This document shows positions 1-8,608 of a stretch of 64,000 nucleotides of DNA, piece by piece (position 1 is the stretch's first letter; each line of letters opens with the position of its first letter). The DNA comes from Phycisphaerae bacterium (GTDB taxonomy: Bacteria; Planctomycetota; Phycisphaerae; UBA1845; Fen-1342). The notes under the pieces were generated by a model. The model saw only the letters and a list, made by a program, of their open reading frames with translations, was not told where the DNA came from and searched no databases. The translations under genes and the position numbers were made by a program. The stretch is from NCBI GenBank assembly GCA_963675745.2, contig CAXXWX010000028.1, positions 1 to 64,000 of the forward strand, in the 5' to 3' direction.

Positions 1-78
1 GCCTCGTCGGGGGCGCGCAAGTTCGTCTGGCGCAACTCGGTCGTCGTTATCCGTTCGCGCGCCGCCGCAGAAAGCAAG

Positions 79-705
79 CTATGGCGAGTTGCCGCCCAGC
101 GGTTCCTTCTTGGTCGAGGCGCTCACGCCGACCAGCTTGATATCAATGCACTTGTCCGAACTGTCGAACCACAGCAGGCAATACCGGGCCCCCCTCAGGT
201 TGGTGAAGTTGCGCACGTCGTACACAAACACGCGGTCGTTGGTATTCATGGAGCGGAATCTCGCCACCGGCTCCTTCAGGGCCGCTCTCCGCTGACACTC
301 GGCCGCGGTATTGCCGATCACCTTGGACCGCAGATTCACCGAGCGGACCACGTCTTCCACGCCGTCGATGTTCTCCCTGGTCTTGGTCAGGAAAACGATC
401 TTCCCCTCGAGTGATTCCACCACCCAGCGATCCACCGTGAGCCAAATCGGCGTCCGCGGGATACCACAACGCCTGCGTGCTGGAGTTGTCCATATCGACA
501 AACGTATCCGTCCGTCCGCCAAACATCGCGTCGGCGGCGGCCGGAGATTTGCCCAGCAGTTGCTTCTCGCGCTTTTCCACGTCAGCGCCGGCGACCACAT
601 CCCCAGGACCATCATGCCCAGGCTCGCCGGATGCGCCCGACACCCGCAGGCCATGCAACCCAGCCCCAGTAACACCATTGCACGCACACCACAGCCTGCC
701 TTCAT
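79..705 (-). CDS. Hypothetical lipoprotein with two apparent compensating 1-nt frameshifts (likely sequence errors)
   Basis: Lipoprotein-like N-terminus (MKAG...VLLGLGCMACGC). The protein-like path moves to the 143..718 frame near 601-604 (GGGG run) and returns near 441-443 (DADL/LTVDRWVVE). Confidence 0.5.
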   Translation of the reverse strand: MKAGCGVRAMVLLGLGCMACGCRAHPASLGMMVLGMWSPALTWKSARSNCWANLRPPPTRCLADGRIRLSIWTTPARRRCGIPRTPIWLTVDRWVVESLEGKIVFLTKTRENIDGVEDVVRSVNLRSKVIGNTAAECQRRAALKEPVARFRSMNTNDRVFVYDVRNFTNLRGARYCLLWFDSSDKCIDIKLVGVSASTKKEPLGGNSP

Positions 706-992
706 GAGATGCCTCCACTCATCTCGGGTTTCGCCGTTGCCGAACGCTCGGGTGTGATCGTACCGCTTTCGGCCCGCAGGTCCACGAGCCGGCGCGAGAA
801 TGTGGGACAGGCTGGTGACGCGCGCACCTCACACAAATGGCAGATAGTGGATTTCCAGCCGGTGGCGCTGCCGTGCGGTTGCCCCACGCGAACGGTGCTG
901 CCGAGATACTCGGTGCGCGCAGCCGGTGAGAACTGGTCACACGTCCGTGCAATCGTCGCGAGGAAGCCGAATCTCGACAACAAGCCCGCCTT

Positions 993-1472
993 CGGCGCGA
1001 CAACGCCGCCACGCCGCGGACGCTGGGGCAGTTCGTCTACGGCCCGACGTACATCGACGAGCTGCTGGTCTACGACCGCAACACCAGTGTCGCCACCGAC
1101 CCGAACGACGCCGACGCGTGTCTCGACGCGGCGTCGGAGCGGTACTTCTATCACCAGGACGCGAACTTCCGCGTGGTGGCGTTGACGGACGAAGCCGGGG
1201 CGGTCGCCGAGCGGTACCGCTACAGCGCCTACGGCGAGCCGCAGATCTTCGCCGGCGGCCGAGCGGCGGAGTCGGGAAACGCCCTGCTGGTCAGCCGCGT
1301 CGGTAATCCATTTATGCACCAGGGCTTACACTTCGACGCCGACACCCGCACCTACCACAACCGCTACCGCCAATACCACCCCCGCCTCGGCCGCTTCATG
1401 CAACGCGATCCGTTGGGGTATGTGGATGGGATGGGGTTGTTTGAGTATGTGACGATAAGTAGCGATAAGTAG
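993..1472 (+). pseudogene. RHS repeat-associated core remnant lacking N-terminus and C-terminal toxin
   Basis: In-frame translation from ~993: GQFVYGPTYIDELL...RYFYHQDANFRVVALTDEAGAVAERYRYSAYGEP...NPFMHQGLHFD...YHNRYRQYHPRLGRFMQRDPLGYVDGMGLFEYV, then TISSDK-stop. Confidence 0.85.
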
Positions 1473-1855
1473 GATAAGTAGGGACAGCCACCGTTTATTT
1501 ACAGCAACATCGTCATGTGCTAGCCTTCCCGCCATGCCCCGCGTCGCCCGCACGGTCATCCCGCATTGCCCGCATCACATCACGCAACGCGGCAACAATC
1601 GGCAGACGGTCTTCTTCGTCGATGACGACCGCCGGATGTATCTCGACCTGCTCCGCCAGCGGTAGGATAAGTAGGGACAGCCACCGTTTATTTACAGCAA
1701 CATCGTCATGTGCTAGCCTTCCCGCCATGCCCCGCGTCGCCCGCACGGTCATCCCGCATTGCCCGCATCACATCACGCAACGCGGCAACAATCGGCAGAC
1801 GGTCTTCTTCGTCGATGACGACCGCCGGATGTATCTCGACCTGCTCCGCCAGCGG
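1470..1855 (+). repeat. 193-bp direct tandem duplication (1470-1662, 1663-1855) covering the transposase left end and first 43 codons
   Basis: Text TAGGATAAGTAGGGACAGCCACC...CTCCGCCAGCGG read twice. Two minus-strand ORFs with identical N-termini start 193 nt apart (1559, 1752). Confidence 0.95.
1534..1665 (+). pseudogene. Truncated duplicate of the transposase 5' end
   Basis: MPRVARTVIPHCPHHITQRGNNRQ...LDLLRQR then TAG created at the duplication junction. Confidence 0.85.
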
Positions 1856-2410
1856 TGCGAAGCCGCCGGCGTGACAGTCATCGGCTATTGCCTGATGACC
1901 AACCACACGCATCTGATCGCGGTTCCGCGCGACGAAGACGCCCTGGCCCACGCGATCGGCCGCACCCATTACCTGTACACCCAGTACGTCAATCGGCTGC
2001 ACGGTCGCAGCGGCCACCTCTGGCAGAACCGTTTCTTCTCATGCCCGCTCGATGAGCCGCACCTCTGGGCGGCGTTGCGCTACATCGAACGCAACCCGGT
2101 CCGCGCGCGACTCGTACGGCGGGCGTGGCGCTATGGTTGGTCGAGCGCCGCCGCACACGTGAGAGCCGGGCCGGACAGGAGCGATCTGCTCGACCTGGCC
2201 GCTTGGCGCAAGGACTGGTCGCCGGCGAAATGGCGTGAGCAACTCTGCGAGCCGGAAGACGAGGCGCTGACCGGCCGACTGCGTCGTTGCACGCACACCG
2301 GCCGCCCGCTGGCGTCTGACAGCTTCCTGAGTAAACTGGAGCGCCGGCTGGGTTGTCGCCTGCGTCCGCAGCCGATCGGCCGGCCGCGGAAGACAAAGGC
2401 GGCGAGGTGA
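1727..2410 (+). CDS. REP-associated tyrosine transposase (RAYT/TnpA-REP, IS200-like Y1 HUH family)
   Basis: MPRxAR start, HHITQRGNNRQ, YCLMTNHTHL (HUH), GHLWQNRF, YIERNPVRA (catalytic Tyr), WSSAAAH, C-terminal GRPRK. ATG 1727 chosen over the ORF-track start. Confidence 0.9.
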   Translation: MPRVARTVIPHCPHHITQRGNNRQTVFFVDDDRRMYLDLLRQRCEAAGVTVIGYCLMTNHTHLIAVPRDEDALAHAIGRTHYLYTQYVNRLHGRSGHLWQNRFFSCPLDEPHLWAALRYIERNPVRARLVRRAWRYGWSSAAAHVRAGPDRSDLLDLAAWRKDWSPAKWREQLCEPEDEALTGRLRRCTHTGRPLASDSFLSKLERRLGCRLRPQPIGRPRKTKAAR

Positions 2411-2473
2411 GGGCAAAAACAGGTGGCTGTCCCTGTTTGTTAGGGCAAAAACAGGTGGCTGTCCCTGTTTGTT
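2410..2473 (+). repeat. 32-bp tandem repeat x2 at the transposase right end
   Basis: AGGGCAAAAACAGGTGGCTGTCCCTGTTTGTT at 2410-2441 and 2442-2473. Confidence 0.9.
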
Positions 2474-2646
2474 GCTGTTTGTTGGGAGCGCGCAAGATAC
2501 GTCGCCACGGTGCTACCGGCGAGGCCGCGCGTGTCCACGCCGCGCACCTAGCAGGTGTTGTAGCATAATCCGATCCGGCGTGCCCGACATTGGGGGCGCC
2601 TATATTGAGCCCGTACTACGTGCGCTGCCAACGAAGGAGACGTGCG

Positions 2647-3126
2647 ATGTCAGTCGTTTACTCGTCCAGCCGACTGCCGCTGGTAGTCCTGGTGCTTGTC
2701 ACGGTCGTAGGGATCTATGGGACTGGACATAATGCCGGCGCGCAAAGCAGTCAGCCAACCCCGGAGAAGCCCCGGATCTTCACGATCCAGGATGACAAGG
2801 AAAAAGTCGAGGTTATCTGTAAGGTGGTTCGCGGCGATACTCTCGGATCAATGCTCGGCTTCGCGGCTGGCTCGTTTCCGCCGCATGGTGTATTCGCACT
2901 CGGGTTCGTTCGACCGCTCTCCAAGGACACCATCTACGTGGAGGGTCGTTTGGAGGTGGACATGGGGAGTGCTGGCCAGAGGGCACACTCCAGTTTTAGC
3001 GCCGGATGGGCTGGGCCGAAATACGGCGACCCGTTCCTCGTGCGGCTAACGGACCTCCGGCTGGGCCATGAGGAAGACAAACCGACGCGAGTTCGCATTG
3101 AGTTTGAAAGGGTGTCGCGCAAGTAA
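2647..3126 (+). CDS. Hypothetical exported protein
   Basis: RBS AAGGAGA before ATG 2647; signal-like LPLVVLVLVTVVGI...AGA; no recognised domain. Confidence 0.6.
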   Translation: MSVVYSSSRLPLVVLVLVTVVGIYGTGHNAGAQSSQPTPEKPRIFTIQDDKEKVEVICKVVRGDTLGSMLGFAAGSFPPHGVFALGFVRPLSKDTIYVEGRLEVDMGSAGQRAHSSFSAGWAGPKYGDPFLVRLTDLRLGHEEDKPTRVRIEFERVSRK

Positions 3127-3310
3127 GGTCGGCCTTAGGCATCACGACGACCCTCGTGACGCGACCGGCCGACACGGAATGACCCGGGCATCCAATGACG
3201 GGCACGCCGCCGCGTGGTCAGGGCGATGGGCGCGCGTTATGCTGCGGCGTGGCCACTCGAAGGCCCGGAGACCCGCGACGATTGGACCACACCGGCTCAG
3301 GAGGCTGTCA

Positions 3311-4423
3311 GTGAGAAGCTCGAACACTGTTGGACTTGGCGTGGGATTGGCGGTCGTTGCGCTGGTTGCGATTCTCGGCGGGTGCGAAGGGGCGATCTAT
3401 GTGGCCCACGTCGCCGAAGGCCATTTCGGCACTCTGGATGCGGTTGAGCCGATCGACGACGTGCTCGCCTCGGACCGCTTGAGCGCCGACGAGGAAGCCA
3501 AGCTGGAGTTGATCGTCGCCGCGCGCCAGTACGCCGTCGAAACCATCGGGCTCAACGCGGGCAATTCGTACACGACGTTCTTCGACGCGGGCGACGAGGC
3601 GTTGGCCTTCAACCTCTCGGCGGCGCGGAAAGACGCCCTGAAGCCATACATCTGGCGGTTTCCCATCGTCGGGGATGTGCCCTACCTGGCGTTCTTTGAT
3701 GAGGGGTATCGCGACGCCGTGCAGCAGCAGATGGTCGACGACGGCTACGATACGCACACTTACGAGATCGACGCCTATAGCACGCTGGGCGTTTTTGACG
3801 ACCCGGTTCGCTCGCCGATGTTGCAGCGCAGCGAACAATCCCTGGCAGAGACCATCATCCACGAGCTGCTGCACAACACCATCTGGCGCCCGAACCACAC
3901 GACCTTTAACGAGTCGCTGGCGAATTTTGTGGGGCGCAAGGGGGCCTCAGAGTTTTTGAACGTGGAGTTCGGCGAAGACTCGCCCTATGTCCAGGCCAAC
4001 GAGGAGTACCAGGCCGATCTGAGCGTGGTCAACACCTTCCTGATCTCGCTGCAGCGTGATCTGGAGGCGTATTACGCGCAGCCGCTGAGTTCGGCGGAGA
4101 AGATCGCCGGCCGCGAGGCGGTCTACCAGGCGGCCCGCGACCGCTTCGTGAGCGAGGTCCAGCCCCAGCTCAACAACCCCGGCAGTTTCGGGTGGTATGC
4201 CAATCTGCCGACCAACAACGCCTGGCTGCTGGCGAACTACCGCTACAACTACGAGCCGCCGACAACCGATCCCACCGACGAAGACCCGAAGGTCTTCGAG
4301 TCGGTCTTCGACGCGGTCGCCGGCGACTGGGCGGCGGCCCTGAATGTCTACCGCGCCGCGGCCGAAGCCCCCGGCGACCCGTTCGAATACCTGCAAAACT
4401 GGCTGGCCGAGCAGGACAACTGA
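3311..4423 (+). CDS. Putative Zn aminopeptidase lipoprotein
   Basis: AGGAGG then GTG 3311; lipobox ILGGC; WRFPIVGDVPY, AYSTLG.FDDP, HELLH (HExxH), FNESLANFVG. Confidence 0.85.
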   Translation: MRSSNTVGLGVGLAVVALVAILGGCEGAIYVAHVAEGHFGTLDAVEPIDDVLASDRLSADEEAKLELIVAARQYAVETIGLNAGNSYTTFFDAGDEALAFNLSAARKDALKPYIWRFPIVGDVPYLAFFDEGYRDAVQQQMVDDGYDTHTYEIDAYSTLGVFDDPVRSPMLQRSEQSLAETIIHELLHNTIWRPNHTTFNESLANFVGRKGASEFLNVEFGEDSPYVQANEEYQADLSVVNTFLISLQRDLEAYYAQPLSSAEKIAGREAVYQAARDRFVSEVQPQLNNPGSFGWYANLPTNNAWLLANYRYNYEPPTTDPTDEDPKVFESVFDAVAGDWAAALNVYRAAAEAPGDPFEYLQNWLAEQDN

Positions 4424-4477
4424 GCGGCAGCCGCCCCGCTGGCAGTGCACCACGCCTCAGAGCAAGCCACGTTTAGG

Positions 4478-4548
4478 GTAGCGTCCGACCCCCGTGGCGG
4501 ACGTTGTTGAAAGGCCGTAGCGTCCGCCCCCCGTGGCGGACGTTGTTG
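4478..4548 (+). repeat. Two direct GTAG-type REP-like palindromes
   Basis: GTAGCGTCCG(A/C)CCCCCGTGGCGGACGTTGTTG at 4478-4509 and 4517-4548; GTAG followed by CGTCCG/CGGACG stem. Confidence 0.8.
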
Positions 4549-4793
4549 CGCGCCGAGCAATCCGCTACGCCGGAACGACAAGTAGGTGTCGCCGATCACT
4601 GTCGAACGGCTGCGACGCTGGCGGTGTGATTTGCACGCTTGTCCCGCCGTACTAACTCTCGACGTCAAATGTCCGCTAACTCCGCGACTCTTCATCCGCC
4701 TGCCCTCTCAAATTAACCACCCGGATCGCGCTCCGCTGTGTTATGATAAACGTACTCACTTCTCCTGCTGGCGATCAAAAAGGGAGGTCTGCC

Positions 4794-5945
4794 ATGTCCG
4801 CGACACGTATCGCCTGGGGGCTCATGCTCGGCCTGCTGATCTCGTTCGGCACAAGCCCCGCGCTCGCCGTGGATTCCGACGGCGACGGCGTCGATGACTT
4901 GCTCGATGTCTGTCCGAACACGCCGCCCGGGATTGTCGTTGATCCGGAAGGTCGGCCGTACGGCGACCTCGACCTCGACTGCGACGTCGATATCGACGAC
5001 TTCATCCTGTTTCAGTCAAACTTCACCGGGCCGATCGGCGAACCCGAAATCTGTGACGACGGCATCGACAACGATCTGGACAGCCTGATTGACTGCGAAG
5101 ACCCCGATTGCGACGGGCAGACTTGCGGCGTCAACGGTCTGATCTGCATCGAAGAAACATGCCAGTGTCCGGGGGACACCGAGATTTGTGATGACGGCGT
5201 GGACAATGACTGCGACGGCATGACCGACTGCGCAGACCTGGCCGACTGTCCGCAAGACACCGCCTGCGGCCCATTCGGCTATGCCTGCGATCCAAACGCC
5301 ATATGCTCCTGCACGCCGCCGTGGGCCGATTGTGACGGCAACTACGCCAACGGCTGTGAAACCGATCTTGATACCGATCCAGACCACTGCGGTGCCTGCT
5401 GGGATGCTTGCGACATCCCAAACGCCACCTCGCAGTGTGTCGGAGGCGAATGCCAGATGGTGGCCTGCCATACCGGCTGGTGTGATGATGACGGCCTGAT
5501 CGGTAACGGCTGTGAGAAGCAGCTTGATCTCGACCTGCCCTGTTCGTCATCCATCTACATCGGCTCCGTCGCCGGCGATGACTCCTCGAACTGGATCAGT
5601 CACAACCACGTTGGCGAGCAGTGGTTCTACGTTCTCGCGCGTGAAGACGACACCTCGCCGTTCTCCCCCGAAGACCTTGGAGTTACCGTGTACCTGATGC
5701 CGGCCGGCGGTACCGACTATGACCTTTACGTCTATTGCAGCGGCTGCGTCGCACTGGCCGGGTCGTCGACGAATGGTGGTTCCACGCCGGAGATGGTCAT
5801 AGTCGGCTGGGAAGATTCGTTGTTCGAGGATGATGACCGCGAAATTTACATCAAGGTGGACTACGTCCACGCCAACACGTGCGCCGAGTACACGCTGCAA
5901 GTGGAGCCGAACACGCCGGGCCCCGACAACTGCGCTGGGCCGTAA
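4794..5945 (+). CDS. Secreted Cys/Asp-rich protein with Ca-binding/dockerin-like and Cys-rich repeats
   Basis: GGGAGG RBS; signal peptide ending PALA; DSDGDGVDD..DVCP, GDLDLDCDVDIDDF, EICDDG.DND x2, DCDGN..NGCE, DYDLYVY. Confidence 0.75.
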   Translation: MSATRIAWGLMLGLLISFGTSPALAVDSDGDGVDDLLDVCPNTPPGIVVDPEGRPYGDLDLDCDVDIDDFILFQSNFTGPIGEPEICDDGIDNDLDSLIDCEDPDCDGQTCGVNGLICIEETCQCPGDTEICDDGVDNDCDGMTDCADLADCPQDTACGPFGYACDPNAICSCTPPWADCDGNYANGCETDLDTDPDHCGACWDACDIPNATSQCVGGECQMVACHTGWCDDDGLIGNGCEKQLDLDLPCSSSIYIGSVAGDDSSNWISHNHVGEQWFYVLAREDDTSPFSPEDLGVTVYLMPAGGTDYDLYVYCSGCVALAGSSTNGGSTPEMVIVGWEDSLFEDDDREIYIKVDYVHANTCAEYTLQVEPNTPGPDNCAGP

Positions 5946-6256
5946 CGCAGCGGTGGGTATCGTGAATACAATCACGACGCGCACCGATGGGGTCGCTGTC
6001 TTCAGGCGGCCTGGCTAGGCCCAAAGTCACGCAACCCGGTCGTTCGTAACACTGGTATTCAAACCGGCGCCGCCACATCGGCGCCGAATCGTCACCAGTG
6101 TGGACACCCTAACCCCTTACATATTAATATGTTACTAACCGCGTCGCCCCGCCCGTGCCGGCCACAACCACTGACGCCCACTCCCAACATCGCAATTTTC
6201 GCCAGCGTTTATCGGCATGTCCCCTTGGCGCGGCAGCTATGGGTGATTACACTGGA

Positions 6257-6274
6257 TTGTGAATGATTTCACGA
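6257..6274. promoter_or_regulatory. Palindromic operator, Rex-like (same spacing as CRP-family sites)
   Basis: TTGTGAATGATTTCACGA versus Rex consensus TTGTGAAnnnnTTCACAA (one mismatch), 56 nt before the operon's first ATG. Confidence 0.7.
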
Positions 6275-6330
6275 GCGGGCTGAGTTAATTAGTTATCGGT
6301 CGTATTTCGTTCGGCACGCGGGGACCGGTC

Positions 6331-6945
6331 ATGGCTGTCCTTATCTGGACGCCCGGTGACGAAACTGTTCGCAAGTCGGCCCATGAGCCGGACGGGGGGA
6401 AAACAACCACACAAACGCCGACCTCCCAACGCATCGTAGTGGTCGGTCTGGGCAACGAGTTGCTCGGCGATGATGGTGTAGGGATTCTCGCCGCTCGACA
6501 CATACAGCGGGAACTGTCGCCGCAACACCAGGTGCAGATTCGCGAGCTACCCTGGGCCGGGCTCGGGCTGCTTGACGTTTTGCGCGGCTTTGATCGCGCG
6601 ATTCTGATAGACGCGTTATCCAGCGACGGACGTTATCCACCCGGGACGGTACTACGGCTCACTGAGGACGATTTCGCGGGGTCGGTGCGGCTCAATTCAT
6701 TTCATGACATCAACTACCCCACCGCGCTGGCGCTGGGCCGTGCCTTCGGCTGGCCGCTGCCGCGCGCGATCGACATTTTCGCCGTCGAAGGTGGGTCGCT
6801 TTACGAATTCAAGACGCAGTTGTCGGCCCCGGTCGCGGCGGCGTTGAAGACGGTTGTACTCCTGGTCACGCAGATCGTGCGGGGCCACTGTGATGAGGTT
6901 GGCACGAGCGGGTTATACAAATTGGCCGCGGCCGACGTGGCTTGA
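6331..6945 (+). CDS. [NiFe]-hydrogenase maturation protease (HybD/HycI family)
   Basis: VVGLGNELLGDDGVG, AILIDA, SFHD motifs; the MvhA in the same operon has a cleavable C-terminal extension. Confidence 0.92.
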   Translation: MAVLIWTPGDETVRKSAHEPDGGKTTTQTPTSQRIVVVGLGNELLGDDGVGILAARHIQRELSPQHQVQIRELPWAGLGLLDVLRGFDRAILIDALSSDGRYPPGTVLRLTEDDFAGSVRLNSFHDINYPTALALGRAFGWPLPRAIDIFAVEGGSLYEFKTQLSAPVAAALKTVVLLVTQIVRGHCDEVGTSGLYKLAAADVA

Positions 6946-6985
6946 CGCAACCTCTCTTGCCAGCGCAAGAAACGAGAGGTGAGGC

Positions 6986-7657
6986 GTGCCCTCAGCAACT
7001 GGTATGGCCGCATTGCCGGCGGAGCCCGGCGTATTCGGCAAGACAGAACGGGAGTTGCACGAGGCATTTCTGGCGGAGGTCGACCGGATCCCCGGCGGCG
7101 AACGATTGAGGAGGTGCATCCAGTGCGGCACCTGCACCGGGTCATGCCCGGTGAGCTACGCAATGGACCTCACGCCGCGCGAGGTGGTCGCGTATTTCCG
7201 GGCCGGGGCTATTGATCCCATCCTGCGCAGCCGGACCATCTGGGTCTGCGCCTCATGCTACCAATGCACAACGCGTTGCCCGGCGAAGATCAAGATCACG
7301 GAACTGCTGTATGCGCTCAAGCGCGTGGCGTACGACAAGCGCGTCTTTCCCCAGCGTTTTCCCGTGTACGTGCTTTCCGAGACGTTCGTGCAGCAGATCA
7401 GGAAGTATGGCCGCAACCACGAAGCCGAACTGCTGCGCAAGTACTTCCTGCGCACGGGCATCCGGCGTCTGATCAAGCAAGCCCCGCTGGCGGCGAAACT
7501 GTGGCGCAAGGGATGCATTCGGCTTCGCCCGCAGAAAATCAAAGGCCTTGAGGGCCTGCGCCGCATCATCGCGCGGGCCGAGCAATTCGACCGACCGCCC
7601 ATGCACGAAAAGGAAGCCGGGCGGACACGCGAAGTTGGGTACGAAGCAATCGGCTGA
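6986..7657 (+). CDS. hdrC: Heterodisulfide reductase subunit C
   Basis: CIQCGTCTGSCP and IWVCASCYQCTTRCP; adjacent to hdrB. Confidence 0.93.
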   Translation: MPSATGMAALPAEPGVFGKTERELHEAFLAEVDRIPGGERLRRCIQCGTCTGSCPVSYAMDLTPREVVAYFRAGAIDPILRSRTIWVCASCYQCTTRCPAKIKITELLYALKRVAYDKRVFPQRFPVYVLSETFVQQIRKYGRNHEAELLRKYFLRTGIRRLIKQAPLAAKLWRKGCIRLRPQKIKGLEGLRRIIARAEQFDRPPMHEKEAGRTREVGYEAIG

Positions 7658-7714
7658 TATTACCAAGGGCGCCGGGGCCGCGCTGCGCGCACCCGGCCGC
7701 GCGGAGGGTGCTTC

Positions 7715-8608
7715 ATGGACTATTCCTACTATCCGGGCTGCAGCCTGCACTCCACCGGCGTGGCGTATGACGACTCGATGCGCGCCACGTTCGCCGCGCT
7801 GGGTGCCGGACTCATCGAGCTGGACGACTGGAACTGCTGCGGCGCAACGGCGTACATGTCGGTCAAGGAGACGGTCGCCTGCTCGGTGTCGGCGCGCAAC
7901 CTCGCGCTGGTCGAGCAGACCGGACTGGACCTGATCGCACCGTGCAGCGCCTGCTGGTGCGTGCTCAACAAGACGCGCAAGTTCATGCACGAACTGCCAG
8001 AGCTGCGCCAAAACGTCGAGACGGCGCTGAGGGAGGCGGGGCTGTCGTGCAAGTTCGAGTCGGCGGTCCGGCATCCACTGGAGGTCATTGTCAACGACTT
8101 CGGCGTGGACCAGCTCGTCGCCCGGCAGAAGCGCAGCCTCAACGGCCTGCGGGTGGCGTGCTATTACGGCTGCCAGATCGTGCGGCCGGCGCTGGCCATC
8201 GACGATGACGCCGAGGTGCCCATGGTGCTGGACGACCTGTTGGCGGGTCTCGGCGCGCAGCCGGTTCCGTATCCGCCCAAAGCACGCTGCTGCGGCGGCA
8301 TGCTGGTGGCCACGTTCGAGGATGTGGCCGCCAAGCTGTGCGATGAGCTGGCGAGCTGGGCGCGCGTCGAAAACGCGGATTGCATTGTCACCACCTGCCC
8401 GCTCTGCCACGCCAATCTGGAGCTGCTGCAGGAGAAAGCCAAAGCCGGCAACGGCACCGAGCGCGCGCCGCTGCCCGTCCTGTATTTCACACAGCTCATC
8501 GGCGTGGCCCTCGGTTGCAGCCCCGAGCAGGTTGGCCTGGACCACAACTTCACCGCCCTGCAACACGAATTCCCGAGACTCACGGAGGCGCCCAGCCATG
8601 TCGGATAG
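7715..8608 (+). CDS. hdrB: Heterodisulfide reductase subunit B
   Basis: YYPGCS, DWNCCGA, PCSAC, YYGC, CCGG, TCPLC (two CCG domains), PVLYFTQLIG. Confidence 0.95.
   Translation: MDYSYYPGCSLHSTGVAYDDSMRATFAALGAGLIELDDWNCCGATAYMSVKETVACSVSARNLALVEQTGLDLIAPCSACWCVLNKTRKFMHELPELRQNVETALREAGLSCKFESAVRHPLEVIVNDFGVDQLVARQKRSLNGLRVACYYGCQIVRPALAIDDDAEVPMVLDDLLAGLGAQPVPYPPKARCCGGMLVATFEDVAAKLCDELASWARVENADCIVTTCPLCHANLELLQEKAKAGNGTERAPLPVLYFTQLIGVALGCSPEQVGLDHNFTALQHEFPRLTEAPSHVG

Larger units (their letters stand above)
1454..2483. mobile_element. Transposase cassette bounded by inverted AGGGACAGCCACC / GGTGGCTGTCCCT motifs
   Basis: AGGGACAGCCACC at 1480 and 1673; its exact reverse complement at 2422 and 2454. 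Confidence 0.65.

Noticed and set aside
1517..1726. N-terminal extension of the transposase in the ORF track
   Set aside because: Out-of-frame read-through of the duplicated segment; the family-typical start MPRxAR is at 1727.
2410..2483. Possible CRISPR array from 32-bp repeats (also 4478-4548)
   Set aside because: Only two copies each, 0-7 nt between them, no unique spacers and no cas genes.
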